A stretch of 50,382 nt of DNA from Candidatus Hermodarchaeota archaeon (GCA_016839805.1 JAEOTO010000005.1:1-50382); one strand, 5' to 3'; counted from the stretch's first letter, positions 19,672-28,820 are shown. Numbers and translations: made by a program. Notes: a model not told the origin generated them from the letters alone.

Positions 19672-20712
19672 TTGAAAAAAATGTCAAGAAATAAGACTAT
19701 TCTAATTTTCACACTCTTTCTACTAGTATCTACAGTAGCTGCAATGCCTAGACCTGCTGCTGCCCAAGACAGCAAAACCATTGTCATTACCTCAGCTTAC
19801 GGTATCGGAACAAAAGCCGTTGCAAACCTAACGACTTGGCTAGAAGGGCTTGGCCACACAGTAATCGACGCCAAAGGAGGTATTAATAGTTCTATCTTAG
19901 TTGGAGCGGATGCCCTCATATTTGGATCACCTTATGGTCCAATTACTGGGCTTGATGCACTAAACGCTACGAATGGACCAATTATCTTCACAGCGATTAA
20001 AAATTGGTGGGAAAGTGCTGGCGGCAAGTTCCTGTGGGTAGCTAGTGATAGTGATTACGAGGGCCGAAACTGGATCGCATTTAATGGCAGTAAAATCCTT
20101 GAGGATGCTGGTAGTGCAATGCGCTTTGAACCTTCAGATATCACTGAAACCAGGTGCGTATGGGATGATGGAGTCGCGCATTATCGAGTTAATGTGAATA
20201 CCACCGCACCTAATCCAGTATCCCAAAGTCTCATGACGGGTGTGAATTCCTCGCTCTTCCATGGACCAACCTGTCTCTATGGGATGTCAGGAGGATCACC
20301 AGTAAACCTTGCCACTACACCAATTCCAAATGTGTTCCCTATCGGACTATCAGACCCCACCAGCATTTATGAACCAGATGATCCCACTGTGCCTGGTTAC
20401 GCCCATACGGTAGGCGAGACTGGTCCCTTCGTCATGATCGCCGGTGAGATGTACCTTGGACCCGAAGACAACAGTAAAGTCGTTGCGTCAGGCTCAACCC
20501 CCTATGGAGGATACGAACCTATCTGGAAACTAAACTATCACGCTCTTACACTTAAGGGTGATGTGCTCGTAAAGAACACCATCCTCTGGGGTCTTACAGT
20601 TGAAGCACCGATCATTGGATTAGATCCACTGCTCATTCTGGGGATTGCAGCCGTAGTGATCATTGTCATCGTCGTCATTGTTGTCATCATCTTCCTCCGC
20701 CGAAGGAAGTAG
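19672..20712 (+). CDS. Secreted, C-terminally anchored surface protein of unknown function
   Basis: Signal peptide ending AAA-Q; C-terminal TM followed by RRRK; T-tract downstream. Confidence 0.75.
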   Translation: MKKMSRNKTILIFTLFLLVSTVAAMPRPAAAQDSKTIVITSAYGIGTKAVANLTTWLEGLGHTVIDAKGGINSSILVGADALIFGSPYGPITGLDALNATNGPIIFTAIKNWWESAGGKFLWVASDSDYEGRNWIAFNGSKILEDAGSAMRFEPSDITETRCVWDDGVAHYRVNVNTTAPNPVSQSLMTGVNSSLFHGPTCLYGMSGGSPVNLATTPIPNVFPIGLSDPTSIYEPDDPTVPGYAHTVGETGPFVMIAGEMYLGPEDNSKVVASGSTPYGGYEPIWKLNYHALTLKGDVLVKNTILWGLTVEAPIIGLDPLLILGIAAVVIIVIVVIVVIIFLRRRK

Positions 20713-20817
20713 ATGTAATCTACTTCCCCTCTCCTCTTTTTTTGGCTTGAATAATCTGTTTTTAAAAGAAGCCTATACGGATTGACAAGTATTTCTTGTC
20801 AAATAATTATCAGATTT

Positions 20818-21951
20818 TTAGTTTTGTCTGCTATACACGCGTAGTAAAAGTATTCCAGCCAGTATTAGAGGTATGTAGCCAATCCCTGCTAGCCAAAGAA
20901 TGCCCGATAGGAGAAAGAGGATATTGAGTGTGAGAAACCAGAGATCACCTTTTTCTTTTGAGGCCCGGAACACTTGCAGAAATCCAATAGAAGCTAGCAG
21001 AGCACCAATGCAGAGAGGGAGGGCACTCCATACCCAGAAAGCGGGTGCTGTTGTATAAAGCCATAAACCCCAAGTAGGGTCAAGAGTCACAGTAATATTA
21101 CTCATAAGCCAGGTAAAATCAGCGAGACTCAAGACAAACAAACCAAATGAACTAACAACCAAAGCATAACCAAACCAATTATTTGTGAAGCGAATCTCAA
21201 AGCTGTGAAATACAATCGCTGTACCCAACACCGCTAGCCAAGCACAAAGTAAACTAATTACATTTAGCACAGCAGCTGCTACCACAGGTAGTAGGAAAAG
21301 CTGATTTACCCACCAACGAAGTGTCAGGATTGCGTAAATTGTGAGTAGTAGCGTTCCAAGTTGTCCGAGTTGATATTGCCTTTTTTGGTGGAAGAGACGA
21401 GTAGGAGAAGGAAAACCAAAGATACGATGGGGAGATACGAAAATGATAGCGCTGAGAATGCTCCCTAAGGTGAGTAATACAAATCCAAAGTAGGTGACCC
21501 AGCCAAAAGCATTCAGAAGAAAGATTAGACCTGCAAAAAGACTGTATCTTTGTCGATGACCAATTTTCTTTCGAGTGAAAAAGAAGGTTAATCCCCAAAG
21601 GAGAAAAGTCACCATGAGAGCAACAATCGCCCAACTATAAATAAAGGTACCAAAAAAGTAGCCCGCCGCAATAACAAGATGAGCACTGCACTGGAGACCC
21701 CATGAGATCAATCCCACCAAAGCGGATAACCAGCCTAGGGGTTGACCAAGTTCTCGTTGGAATGCAAGAAAGCCAAAGCTAAATAAGATCCCGCCAAGTC
21801 CTCCTAATAGGCCTAGAAAACCCATTAAAATCGTTGCACTAATAGGTTCTATGGATGCACCTGAGAAGTGATAGGCTATGAAGTATACAAATCCATATAC
21901 TGAGAGAATAACACTACCAAGAAAACCATAATCTGCTAACCGAGTCTCCAT
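20818..21951 (-). CDS. Polytopic membrane protein with apparent internal duplication
   Basis: About 10 TM segments in two similar halves. Confidence 0.7.
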   Translation of the reverse strand: METRLADYGFLGSVILSVYGFVYFIAYHFSGASIEPISATILMGFLGLLGGLGGILFSFGFLAFQRELGQPLGWLSALVGLISWGLQCSAHLVIAAGYFFGTFIYSWAIVALMVTFLLWGLTFFFTRKKIGHRQRYSLFAGLIFLLNAFGWVTYFGFVLLTLGSILSAIIFVSPHRIFGFPSPTRLFHQKRQYQLGQLGTLLLTIYAILTLRWWVNQLFLLPVVAAAVLNVISLLCAWLAVLGTAIVFHSFEIRFTNNWFGYALVVSSFGLFVLSLADFTWLMSNITVTLDPTWGLWLYTTAPAFWVWSALPLCIGALLASIGFLQVFRASKEKGDLWFLTLNILFLLSGILWLAGIGYIPLILAGILLLRVYSRQN

Positions 21952-22096
21952 GACATCTCACCAATTAGTCACATTGTCTTATTGTCTTCCTTAAGACCTT
22001 TTCTTTACAAAAAGGCATCACCTTCTCTTAAAAACGTTGAATATTGTAATAATACATCGCTGCAATACAGCGGTAAAAAAGCAAGCTAATACAAAA

Positions 22097-22476
22097 AAGC
22101 TTGTAGTAGAAACTCCATGGTTTCGTGAGATTCAGGGTCGAACCACGATAGACGATATATCTATGAAAAAAATGATGAAGTGTATGTTGCAATTCGTCTA
22201 GAGGATTTCTAGGTGTGGAACCCCTCTGACCCATATAATACAATTTCTAGTACAATTGAGAGTGTTGTGTTCACTGGAAAATACTATCCTGTCTACGCCA
22301 ATGTGGATGGAACGCAGCCTGTGAACGCAGAACTGGATCTAGATACTGAAATAAAAATCGGAGATAAACGAGAATTACATGTGTGTTATAAGGACGCAAT
22401 AATTCTCAAAGCCGAAGGAGACCCATTCGCTGATCGCATCAAAGAACTTCTTGAAGGTAAAGCTGCCGCCGATTAA
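22097..22476 (+). pseudogene. Remnant of a second ABC ATPase (C-terminal TOBE region), paralogue of 12423-13553
   Basis: ETPWFREIQGR..DEVYVAIRLEDF*VWNPSDPYNTISSTIESVVFTGKY..AELD..GKAAAD aligns with KTPWGLPLEGR..DEVFCAIRPEDFKVQTPSSPHNDIPTKISSVVFTGRY..AELD..GGAAAD; frameshift in the A7 run (22166-22172) and TAG at 22210. Confidence 0.85.
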
Positions 22477-22539
22477 CATCTGCTATGTACTTAACCTTGA
22501 ATAGTCATAGCAGGTTAACAAAGACTAGAAACCACCCTA

Positions 22540-23235
22540 TCAATCCTCGAGTTCAGTGAGAACTGATCCATAATTTGTCGTTAGATCAACACGGAACCAG
22601 GTTCCTGCAACTACATTTTCTAGTTCGTAGAGTCTATCCAGAGGATCGTCATCGGTACGCCCAAAGGTGATTTTTCCATCGCCTGCTAGCCCCTCATGAA
22701 TAACAAAATCTAGTTTCGCACGAGTGATATGTTTTACATCTGTGCCTTTTCCATCAACACCAGGTATTACTTTAAGATTAATAGTATCACCTGTATCAAT
22801 CCATTCACCAGGCCCCTCAAGTTTGATATTGAATTTCATGATAGGAACTTTGTGTCGGATGACTTGGGCTTTGATTTGATCCTCTTTTCGAGAATATCTA
22901 AATTTAGCAGGTTTTGAGGGAAATCCCCAAATTTCACGATGGGCTACCAAGGAAGGAATATTATCTGTATACATCGAAGTACAGAAAACCCCATAGTGCT
23001 CGCCATATGTGCATTGGAAGACAATCGCGGCCTCCCAAAGGTCACCATAAACAGAGTTACGGAACCGAGCAAGATAAGCACCTCCTAGTAAGCCGGGGGC
23101 CAGAGGTTTTGGAAGGTGGCGTTCATAACATGCCTTAGTCGGTGTAAAGATTACCTGGATCATCTCGGAATCAGTGAATTTCAAAGGAGCTTTAAACCAA
23201 GGAGTGTGAATCGGCATTGTAGGTTGCTTTGTCAT
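22540..23235 (-). CDS. Acetoacetate decarboxylase-like family protein
   Basis: REIWGFPSK Schiff-base Lys motif; INLKVIPGVDG. Confidence 0.8.
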   Translation of the reverse strand: MTKQPTMPIHTPWFKAPLKFTDSEMIQVIFTPTKACYERHLPKPLAPGLLGGAYLARFRNSVYGDLWEAAIVFQCTYGEHYGVFCTSMYTDNIPSLVAHREIWGFPSKPAKFRYSRKEDQIKAQVIRHKVPIMKFNIKLEGPGEWIDTGDTINLKVIPGVDGKGTDVKHITRAKLDFVIHEGLAGDGKITFGRTDDDPLDRLYELENVVAGTWFRVDLTTNYGSVLTELED

Positions 23236-23390
23236 TAATCAAATACCTCCATGAAAGTAGCGAAGTCTAATATGATTTGTCATCCTGTAACTGTTAATTC
23301 TTTAAATTTCTATGGGACATTGTTAAACTATTGAAGCAGGTTCATGATGAAGTTTTTTAAACTAAATGAAAAACAATAGTCCTGATTATA

Positions 23391-23597
23391 ATGCGAGTCA
23401 TTGACATCCTGGTTCCTTTAATTTTGGTAATACTTGGTTTGGTTATCCTTTGGATCCTTGTACTATTTTATCCAGAGCTGTTTCCCTTTGCCATTGGATT
23501 TGCGGTTCTGCTTTTAATTTTCATTATCGCGTCCTTCTTTTCAGGACGATATACACACAAGGATAGTTCTGACAGAGCTTATTTCCTGAAACGATAA
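23391..23597 (+). CDS. Small 2-TM membrane protein
   Basis: Two hydrophobic helices, ATG start, fills the intergenic gap. Confidence 0.55.
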   Translation: MRVIDILVPLILVILGLVILWILVLFYPELFPFAIGFAVLLLIFIIASFFSGRYTHKDSSDRAYFLKR

Positions 23598-23606
23598 ATA
23601 CATGAT

Positions 23607-24011
23607 TTAAGGTCCAGGAAAGAAAATCATAAACAGGAAATTAATTCCAAAATCAATAATGAAAACTAGAATAAAAGCAATTACTACGATTGTGAACCCT
23701 CGAACAAAAAATGTATCAAAGAAATGCTGAACTAAAACCATCCAAACTATGAACATAGCGAGTAACGACACAGCATTCCACGCAAAAATTACAATATCAT
23801 TGAGACCGGGAACTAAAACTAAGCTAATACCAAAATCGATAACGAACTTTAATAACAAGCCAAATAAGGCTACCAACAGGGCATCCGTAAATTTCGCGTT
23901 CACTCCAGACAAAAGTCGACCTGCCAGAAAGAATGCAATTGTCGCTACAATCAATCCGATGACAAAAGTGATAATCACAGAAATCTGGTCAGGTGTGAGA
24001 AATAGCATCAT
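23607..24011 (-). CDS. 4-TM membrane protein
   Basis: Four hydrophobic segments; GGAG upstream. Confidence 0.7.
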   Translation of the reverse strand: MMLFLTPDQISVIITFVIGLIVATIAFFLAGRLLSGVNAKFTDALLVALFGLLLKFVIDFGISLVLVPGLNDIVIFAWNAVSLLAMFIVWMVLVQHFFDTFFVRGFTIVVIAFILVFIIDFGINFLFMIFFPGP

Positions 24012-24188
24012 CCAAACAGCTCCGAACCTGTTAGCGGTACATTACGAACTCGCATACCTAAATAACTTCGCCCTAATTCTTATGTCCGAATACAGTGTCT
24101 CGAGAAGCTAAGCTATATATCAGAGAACCGAACAACACTAACGCCATACCTACTCTCCCAATATATTTTCATCACGGAGGACCCCTTA

Positions 24189-24602
24189 ATGAGTAAACGC
24201 TCAAAAATCTCCGAAAAAATGGAAGAATTCTCCATCGCTCAAGTCACTGGTACTGTTCTCATCTGGTACATTCTCGCAATCGTTGGTTCACGACTCCTAA
24301 CTATGATCATTGCCCCAGGTATTAGCATTGAGACTGGAATTTATCATTATCATCACATCCTCTGGGGTCTCATACTTATGACTATGGGCGGTTTTATAGG
24401 CCTCTATTGGGAGAGTCGACGGGCGAAAGTATTTGGAGCATTTTTCCTTGGATTAGGCCTAGGCTTAGCTGTCGATGAAGTAGGGTTAATCCTTGTCACT
24501 TCCGATGCTGGTTACTGGGATCCGATTAGTTACCCAATCATGATCATCGTAGCGCAATTACTGTTCATTGCCTTCATGGCTGCCCGACAACAAGGGCGTT
24601 AG
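24189..24602 (+). CDS. Membrane protein with HHxxWG ... DE motif
   Basis: HYHHILWGLILM and GLGLAVDE, a recurrent uncharacterised membrane family; GGAGG upstream. Confidence 0.7.
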   Translation: MSKRSKISEKMEEFSIAQVTGTVLIWYILAIVGSRLLTMIIAPGISIETGIYHYHHILWGLILMTMGGFIGLYWESRRAKVFGAFFLGLGLGLAVDEVGLILVTSDAGYWDPISYPIMIIVAQLLFIAFMAARQQGR

Positions 24603-24671
24603 TTATGGATGAACTGGCAAAAGTCATTCTCGAAGTTCATAATACGGGATACATGAAGAATGAGAAAAGGG

Positions 24672-25831
24672 TTAACGTTCTTCCTGAAGGCTTTCCAGGC
24701 TTTCTAACACCACATCACGTTGGCCTTGGCGAATCAAACTTCGGAGAAAAGTCCCAAGGACACCTACTTCACTAACCCCTAAACGATTCATTGCATGAAC
24801 CGAGCGGTTCTCGAAATCTTCATCCTGAATTGAGTGTGGGTCAATACCAATGAATTCCACTAGAGTTGATTCGGTTTTATGTTCCACGACAACATCTGCA
24901 GTTTCTGGTGGTAGCTCAGCATCGGGAGGTTGAGGTTCAGGAGTAACAGGTTCTGCTGGCGCTTGAGGTTCAATGGGAGTCTCTTCGATTTCTTGAGGTA
25001 TAGGTGGTTCAATCGGTTTAATGGGTTCTGGTTCAGAACTTTCTACTGTTGGTGTAGAGGGGTCTTCGAGTGGAATAGGTTCATCTTCCACTTCCTCTAT
25101 AGGAGGGAGAGGTATCGGTTCAGGAATAGGTGCCTCTTCTTCAGAAACCCTTTCTTCTGGTGGCATACTCGACGGTTCAGGAACTGCAGGCTCTTCAACA
25201 GGAGTTACTGGAGTCTCCGAAACCGCAGGAACAGCTTCCTCTTCAGCCTTACCCCATTCCGGCCATTTTGACTGAATAATCGTTTTCGCAACCTGAATAA
25301 AGGCATCACCTACGTTCTCATCCATCTTCGCACTTGTTTCGATATACTCCACATCAATCTGTGTAGCGAAAGCCTCTCCTTCCTCTCGTGATACAACACG
25401 TTGATCCTCTAAATCAGTCTTGTTAGCAATCAGAATCCCCGGAATATTCCCAGCATTCTTACTCGACTCCTCCAACCATCCGGCTAAATGATCAAAAGAG
25501 GCTCGATCTGTAACACTATAAACGTAAATCACACCTGTGGATCCCTGATAAAACAGGGGACGCACACCGCCAAAGTGTGGCTGTCCCGCCAAATCCCAAA
25601 TCTGCAGCTTTACCATAACATTACCCAAATCAACCGTCTTCACCGCAAATGACGTGCCAATCGTCATTTTTTGCGCAGATGGCGCTACGTGAGCGGCATC
25701 TAGTACGTGTCGGTGAAGGTGCCTTGGGTGTAGCGGACGATTAGGCTGGTTTTGCCGACGGCGCCGTCGCCAGCAACTGGGACTTTGAAGATGTATGTTG
25801 GTTTGGTTGTTGGAGGTCTTCCTTCCATCAT
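24672..25831 (-). CDS. Rab-like small GTPase, join(25831..25703, 25670..24672), 375 aa, with Pro/Glu-rich linker and small C-terminal domain
   Basis: Exon 1 (43 codons, AAGGAG upstream) MMEGRPPTTKPTYIFKVPVAGDGAVGKTSLIVRYTQGTFTDTY carries G1; exon 2 KMTIGTSF..KLQIWDLAGQ..NKTD..ETSAK carries G2-G5. Confidence 0.9.
25671..25702 (-). other. Putative 32-nt bulge-helix-bulge-type mRNA intron
   Basis: Minus-strand TAGATGCCGCTCACGTAGCGCCATCTGCGCAA. Its removal fuses TAC|AAA in frame; internal hairpin and 3-nt bulges AC^U and AA^A flank a 4-nt central helix. Confidence 0.75.
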
Positions 25832-25965
25832 AATATGCTCCTTGGTTGGTCAATAGTGTCTTGGGTATTTATTTTCTGTGTTGACTTTTAACTGGATTGG
25901 TGGGTGTTGCGTTTTACTTCGTAGATTAGTACAGCTGTCATGAATTTTCAAAGGTCAAAGACGAT

Positions 25966-26682
25966 TTAGTATTCATCATCTTCATCTGGAATAAATGATT
26001 GAATCTGGTCAGGTGTGACTATGAGATAGGTGTTATAATTCTGTTGCCCTTCCTGTGTTTCCCGCTTCTTTTTCGAGTCTCGTCGGAACCGACCTATACA
26101 ACTGAAATTACAAAAGCAAGGAATGATAATAAACACAATGACGCCCAAAATGATTACGTAAACAATCAGATTAGCGAAAGGAGAAAAATCGTCTAGTGGA
26201 TTGGTAGGTAAAGTGGCAGTGGTCCAATGGTAGTGAGTAATACGAAGGGTGTAGTAAAGAGTTATTGGTCCAGTATTGTTCAACACAAAATACCAACGAC
26301 TGTAGTAGAGAAGATCAATACTAGTGTCCAGTGAGGAATTCACTGAATGAACCAGTTGGCATTGACTTGAGGAGCCTGTCTCTTGCCAATGCATGAACCC
26401 GCCTTGATCACAAATAAGAACTGTCGTTGGATTAAACCCAAAGTAACTAATGGTCAGGTTAATGACCCAACGATCATCAGGTCCCCGACTTGTACTATAG
26501 CTCCATTGAGCGTGACCCATTAGGGATTGTAATAAGCCAAAGTAATCCTCGTCTACAAGCGTCCAATATCCTTCACTAGCCTGTGGCATGGCGAGATGAA
26601 AAGAACAAAAGCTTACAGAGACAATTATAAGCATCAAAGACAGACGTAGTACCCGCAAAGGGCTCACCTCTGCCAAGTGCAC
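25966..26682 (-). CDS. Single-pass membrane protein with extracellular beta-rich domain and acidic tail
   Basis: Signal peptide, WYFVLNNTG beta segment, TM followed by a Cys cluster, DEDDEY end. Confidence 0.65.
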   Translation of the reverse strand: MHLAEVSPLRVLRLSLMLIIVSVSFCSFHLAMPQASEGYWTLVDEDYFGLLQSLMGHAQWSYSTSRGPDDRWVINLTISYFGFNPTTVLICDQGGFMHWQETGSSSQCQLVHSVNSSLDTSIDLLYYSRWYFVLNNTGPITLYYTLRITHYHWTTATLPTNPLDDFSPFANLIVYVIILGVIVFIIIPCFCNFSCIGRFRRDSKKKRETQEGQQNYNTYLIVTPDQIQSFIPDEDDEY

Positions 26683-26836
26683 GGTTTTTGGTCACTTTTT
26701 AACTGTTATGCTTTCAACTCAATAGGTGAAAAATGATTAAAGAACCGCTTCAAATCTGAAGACTAAAATCGGTCATATCAACTTATAAAGTGGGGATTTC
26801 AATGGAGTGTATCGGGTTGACTGAGAGGTCTGTTTT

Positions 26837-27925
26837 ATGTCATCATCGTTTGCTCGTCAAATAATACGTGATGCACTGCGAGTACGTGACCAAGAATTAG
26901 TTTGGATTCATACCTGGGATCATAGTTTAGACTTAGCACAAGAAATCTTACAACAAGCCCACTTACATGGGGCATCTGTCGTATTGAGCATGGTTTCTGA
27001 ATCGTCTGCTATACATCTGTTGAAGAAAGCCCCACTTGAGGCGGTGACCACTCCTTCCAGCCACTTGTTCAGTGGAGTGTCCAGGGCAAATGCATTAGTC
27101 GTATTAGATGGCCCAGAAAATCCGGGGATATTTCGTACCGTAGATAAGGGTAAGGCCTTGGCGATAACCAGTAGCCTTACACGATTACTGGGTACAGCTT
27201 TCTCGAAACGAGTACGAACATTACATGTTCGAACGACTGCTTTCACTGAGCAAGCGGCAAAGACCTATGGGATATCTCATGCAAAATGGTTGCAGGAAAG
27301 TAACCGGTGTCTAACAATGAATCAAGCAGCAACGCTTGATCTGGGTCATCGTATTGAAGCCCTTCTGCGGAAACATCATGAGATCCATCTCAGTTCTAGT
27401 GAGGGTACAGATTTACGATTTCGAACCCGAGGATCACCTCTAATTGATGATGGTATCATTGATCAGTCCGATGTACAAAGTAAAAATGTCCTTACTCAAC
27501 TTCCAGCTGGTACTCTTTCAATACCAGTTGATGAATCAAGTGCTGAGGGTACTGTTGTCTTTACCTGGCCTCGCGCCTTCCTAAGCGATACGATTGACAA
27601 ACTACGCCTAGATTTCAAGAAGGGTGCGATTACGGATCTGCGAGCGCAGAGAGGTGAAAAAACCTTTGAAAGAGCTTTACGGGAAGGATCGAAATTAAGT
27701 GACCGGTTAACTCGGTTAGTCTTTGGTATTAATTCACAAGCGTCTACACAACTTGGACAGCCTTTAGATGTTCTAATACCGGGTACAATTACGCTTGGAC
27801 TTGGTGATAATACTGCTATCGGTGGTCGTGTTCAAAGTAATTTCAGTTACGAACATACCTTGAATGATGCAATCGTTAGTATCGGTCCCACAGCCGTCAT
27901 TATGGATGGCAAGTTGACCCTCTAA
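26837..27925 (+). CDS. M29 (thermophilic metallo-aminopeptidase)-like protein, metal ligands apparently lost
   Basis: GTDLRF, DDGII, QLPAGT, AEGTVVF, GTITLGLGDN..GG backbone retained; canonical Glu/His/Asp ligands substituted. Confidence 0.72.
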   Translation: MSSSFARQIIRDALRVRDQELVWIHTWDHSLDLAQEILQQAHLHGASVVLSMVSESSAIHLLKKAPLEAVTTPSSHLFSGVSRANALVVLDGPENPGIFRTVDKGKALAITSSLTRLLGTAFSKRVRTLHVRTTAFTEQAAKTYGISHAKWLQESNRCLTMNQAATLDLGHRIEALLRKHHEIHLSSSEGTDLRFRTRGSPLIDDGIIDQSDVQSKNVLTQLPAGTLSIPVDESSAEGTVVFTWPRAFLSDTIDKLRLDFKKGAITDLRAQRGEKTFERALREGSKLSDRLTRLVFGINSQASTQLGQPLDVLIPGTITLGLGDNTAIGGRVQSNFSYEHTLNDAIVSIGPTAVIMDGKLTL

Positions 27926-27957
27926 ATCGGTGCCATGTCTTTCTTCTCCGATTTGTC

Positions 27958-28317
27958 TTAGCTAGTCTCCTCAATCAGGAAAAGGACAGCACCAATTATG
28001 ATTAATAGTCCAGCAATTCCCCATGAACCAATAGCTACCAAAATTCCTAGCCCAATGAGAATCAATGCATTACGAGAGGGATCCTCCTCAAGCTGAGAAG
28101 AAAAACGTGTTAGAATATAATAGCTAAGCAGAATAGCGAGAACACTCATCACCAATAGAACAGAATCAAAGATGTTCACCAAAAAGAATGGCAAACCAAA
28201 CCGGAGAAGAATTGAAAAAAGCCAAAAAAGCATTGACAAGAGACCTAAAACCATGCCTAGAATAGCCCCAAATTTTACCAGGGTTTGTGCGGATTCGATT
28301 AAGTCCAGCGAAAGCAT
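27958..28317 (-). CDS. Small membrane protein, paralogue of 28455-28820
   Basis: GAILGMVLG...LIGLGIL...GLLIIIGAVLFLIEE resembles the neighbouring gene. Confidence 0.7.
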   Translation of the reverse strand: MLSLDLIESAQTLVKFGAILGMVLGLLSMLFWLFSILLRFGLPFFLVNIFDSVLLVMSVLAILLSYYILTRFSSQLEEDPSRNALILIGLGILVAIGSWGIAGLLIIIGAVLFLIEETS

Positions 28318-28397
28318 CCTCCTAGCAATAAAATTCGTATTATCTACTTTCCTTTTATTAGCTTGTTAAATTTGTGCTGAAAAATATAAAGAGAGTA

Positions 28398-28431
28398 GAG
28401 GAAACTAGCGAATGTCATCCGCTAGTTCCTC
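28398..28431 (-). terminator. Stem-loop between the paralogous membrane-protein genes
   Basis: GAGGAAACTAGCG / CGCTAGTTCCTC stem, followed by a T-rich tract on the minus strand. Confidence 0.5.
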
Positions 28432-28454
28432 GATTGGAAAACCCCCGCAGGATT

Positions 28455-28820
28455 CTAGGCAGTCTCGCCTTCTTTTTCTACAAAGACAAGGATGCCTGCA
28501 ATAAAGATGAGTAAACCACCAAATGCAGCCCAGGATAAAATTCCTAGAACAATCAGGGGAATAGCTGTCGCTTTGTAATTAGTCTCCAACATTGGATAGT
28601 AGGTTCGCCAGACAATAAAGGCACAGATAATTGCGATGACATCAACGACAATATAGACGATGTACGATACTGCAGCGAAAGGCCCCAGTAACCAAAGCCA
28701 AGGACCCGCTAAAAGAAGGCCAGCACCCTGAATAGCTATAGAGATGAAGCCAATGATGATAGCAATAATTGCACCCCAAAAGGTCAACGGTTTAACATAG
28801 TTCATGTAGGTCATAATCAC
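28455..28820 (-). CDS. Small membrane protein
   Basis: GAIIAIIIG...LIVLGIL...GLLIFIAGILVFVEKE. Confidence 0.7.
   Translation of the reverse strand: MIMTYMNYVKPLTFWGAIIAIIIGFISIAIQGAGLLLAGPWLWLLGPFAAVSYIVYIVVDVIAIICAFIVWRTYYPMLETNYKATAIPLIVLGILSWAAFGGLLIFIAGILVFVEKEGETA

Noticed and set aside
24900-25240. Quasi-repeats (GGTTCAGG etc.) as CRISPR or tandem repeats
   Set aside because: They are explained by Pro/Glu codon repetition inside the GTPase linker; there is no constant repeat-spacer period.
25671-25702. Ribosomal bypassing (T4 gene 60/byp-like), simple frameshift or stop readthrough as the explanation of the Rab interruption
   Set aside because: A stop codon in a hairpin fits bypassing, but there is no matching TAC/TAT landing codon before the resume point. 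A frameshift would add about 10 residues to switch I, and readthrough stays out of frame. BHB geometry predicts both boundaries. Disfavoured, not excluded.
25703-25853. N-terminus of the listed 393-aa ORF (MTNQGAYY..RRRRRQ..)
   Set aside because: It is an off-frame read of exon 1 and lacks the P-loop, which is encoded in another frame starting at ATG 25831.
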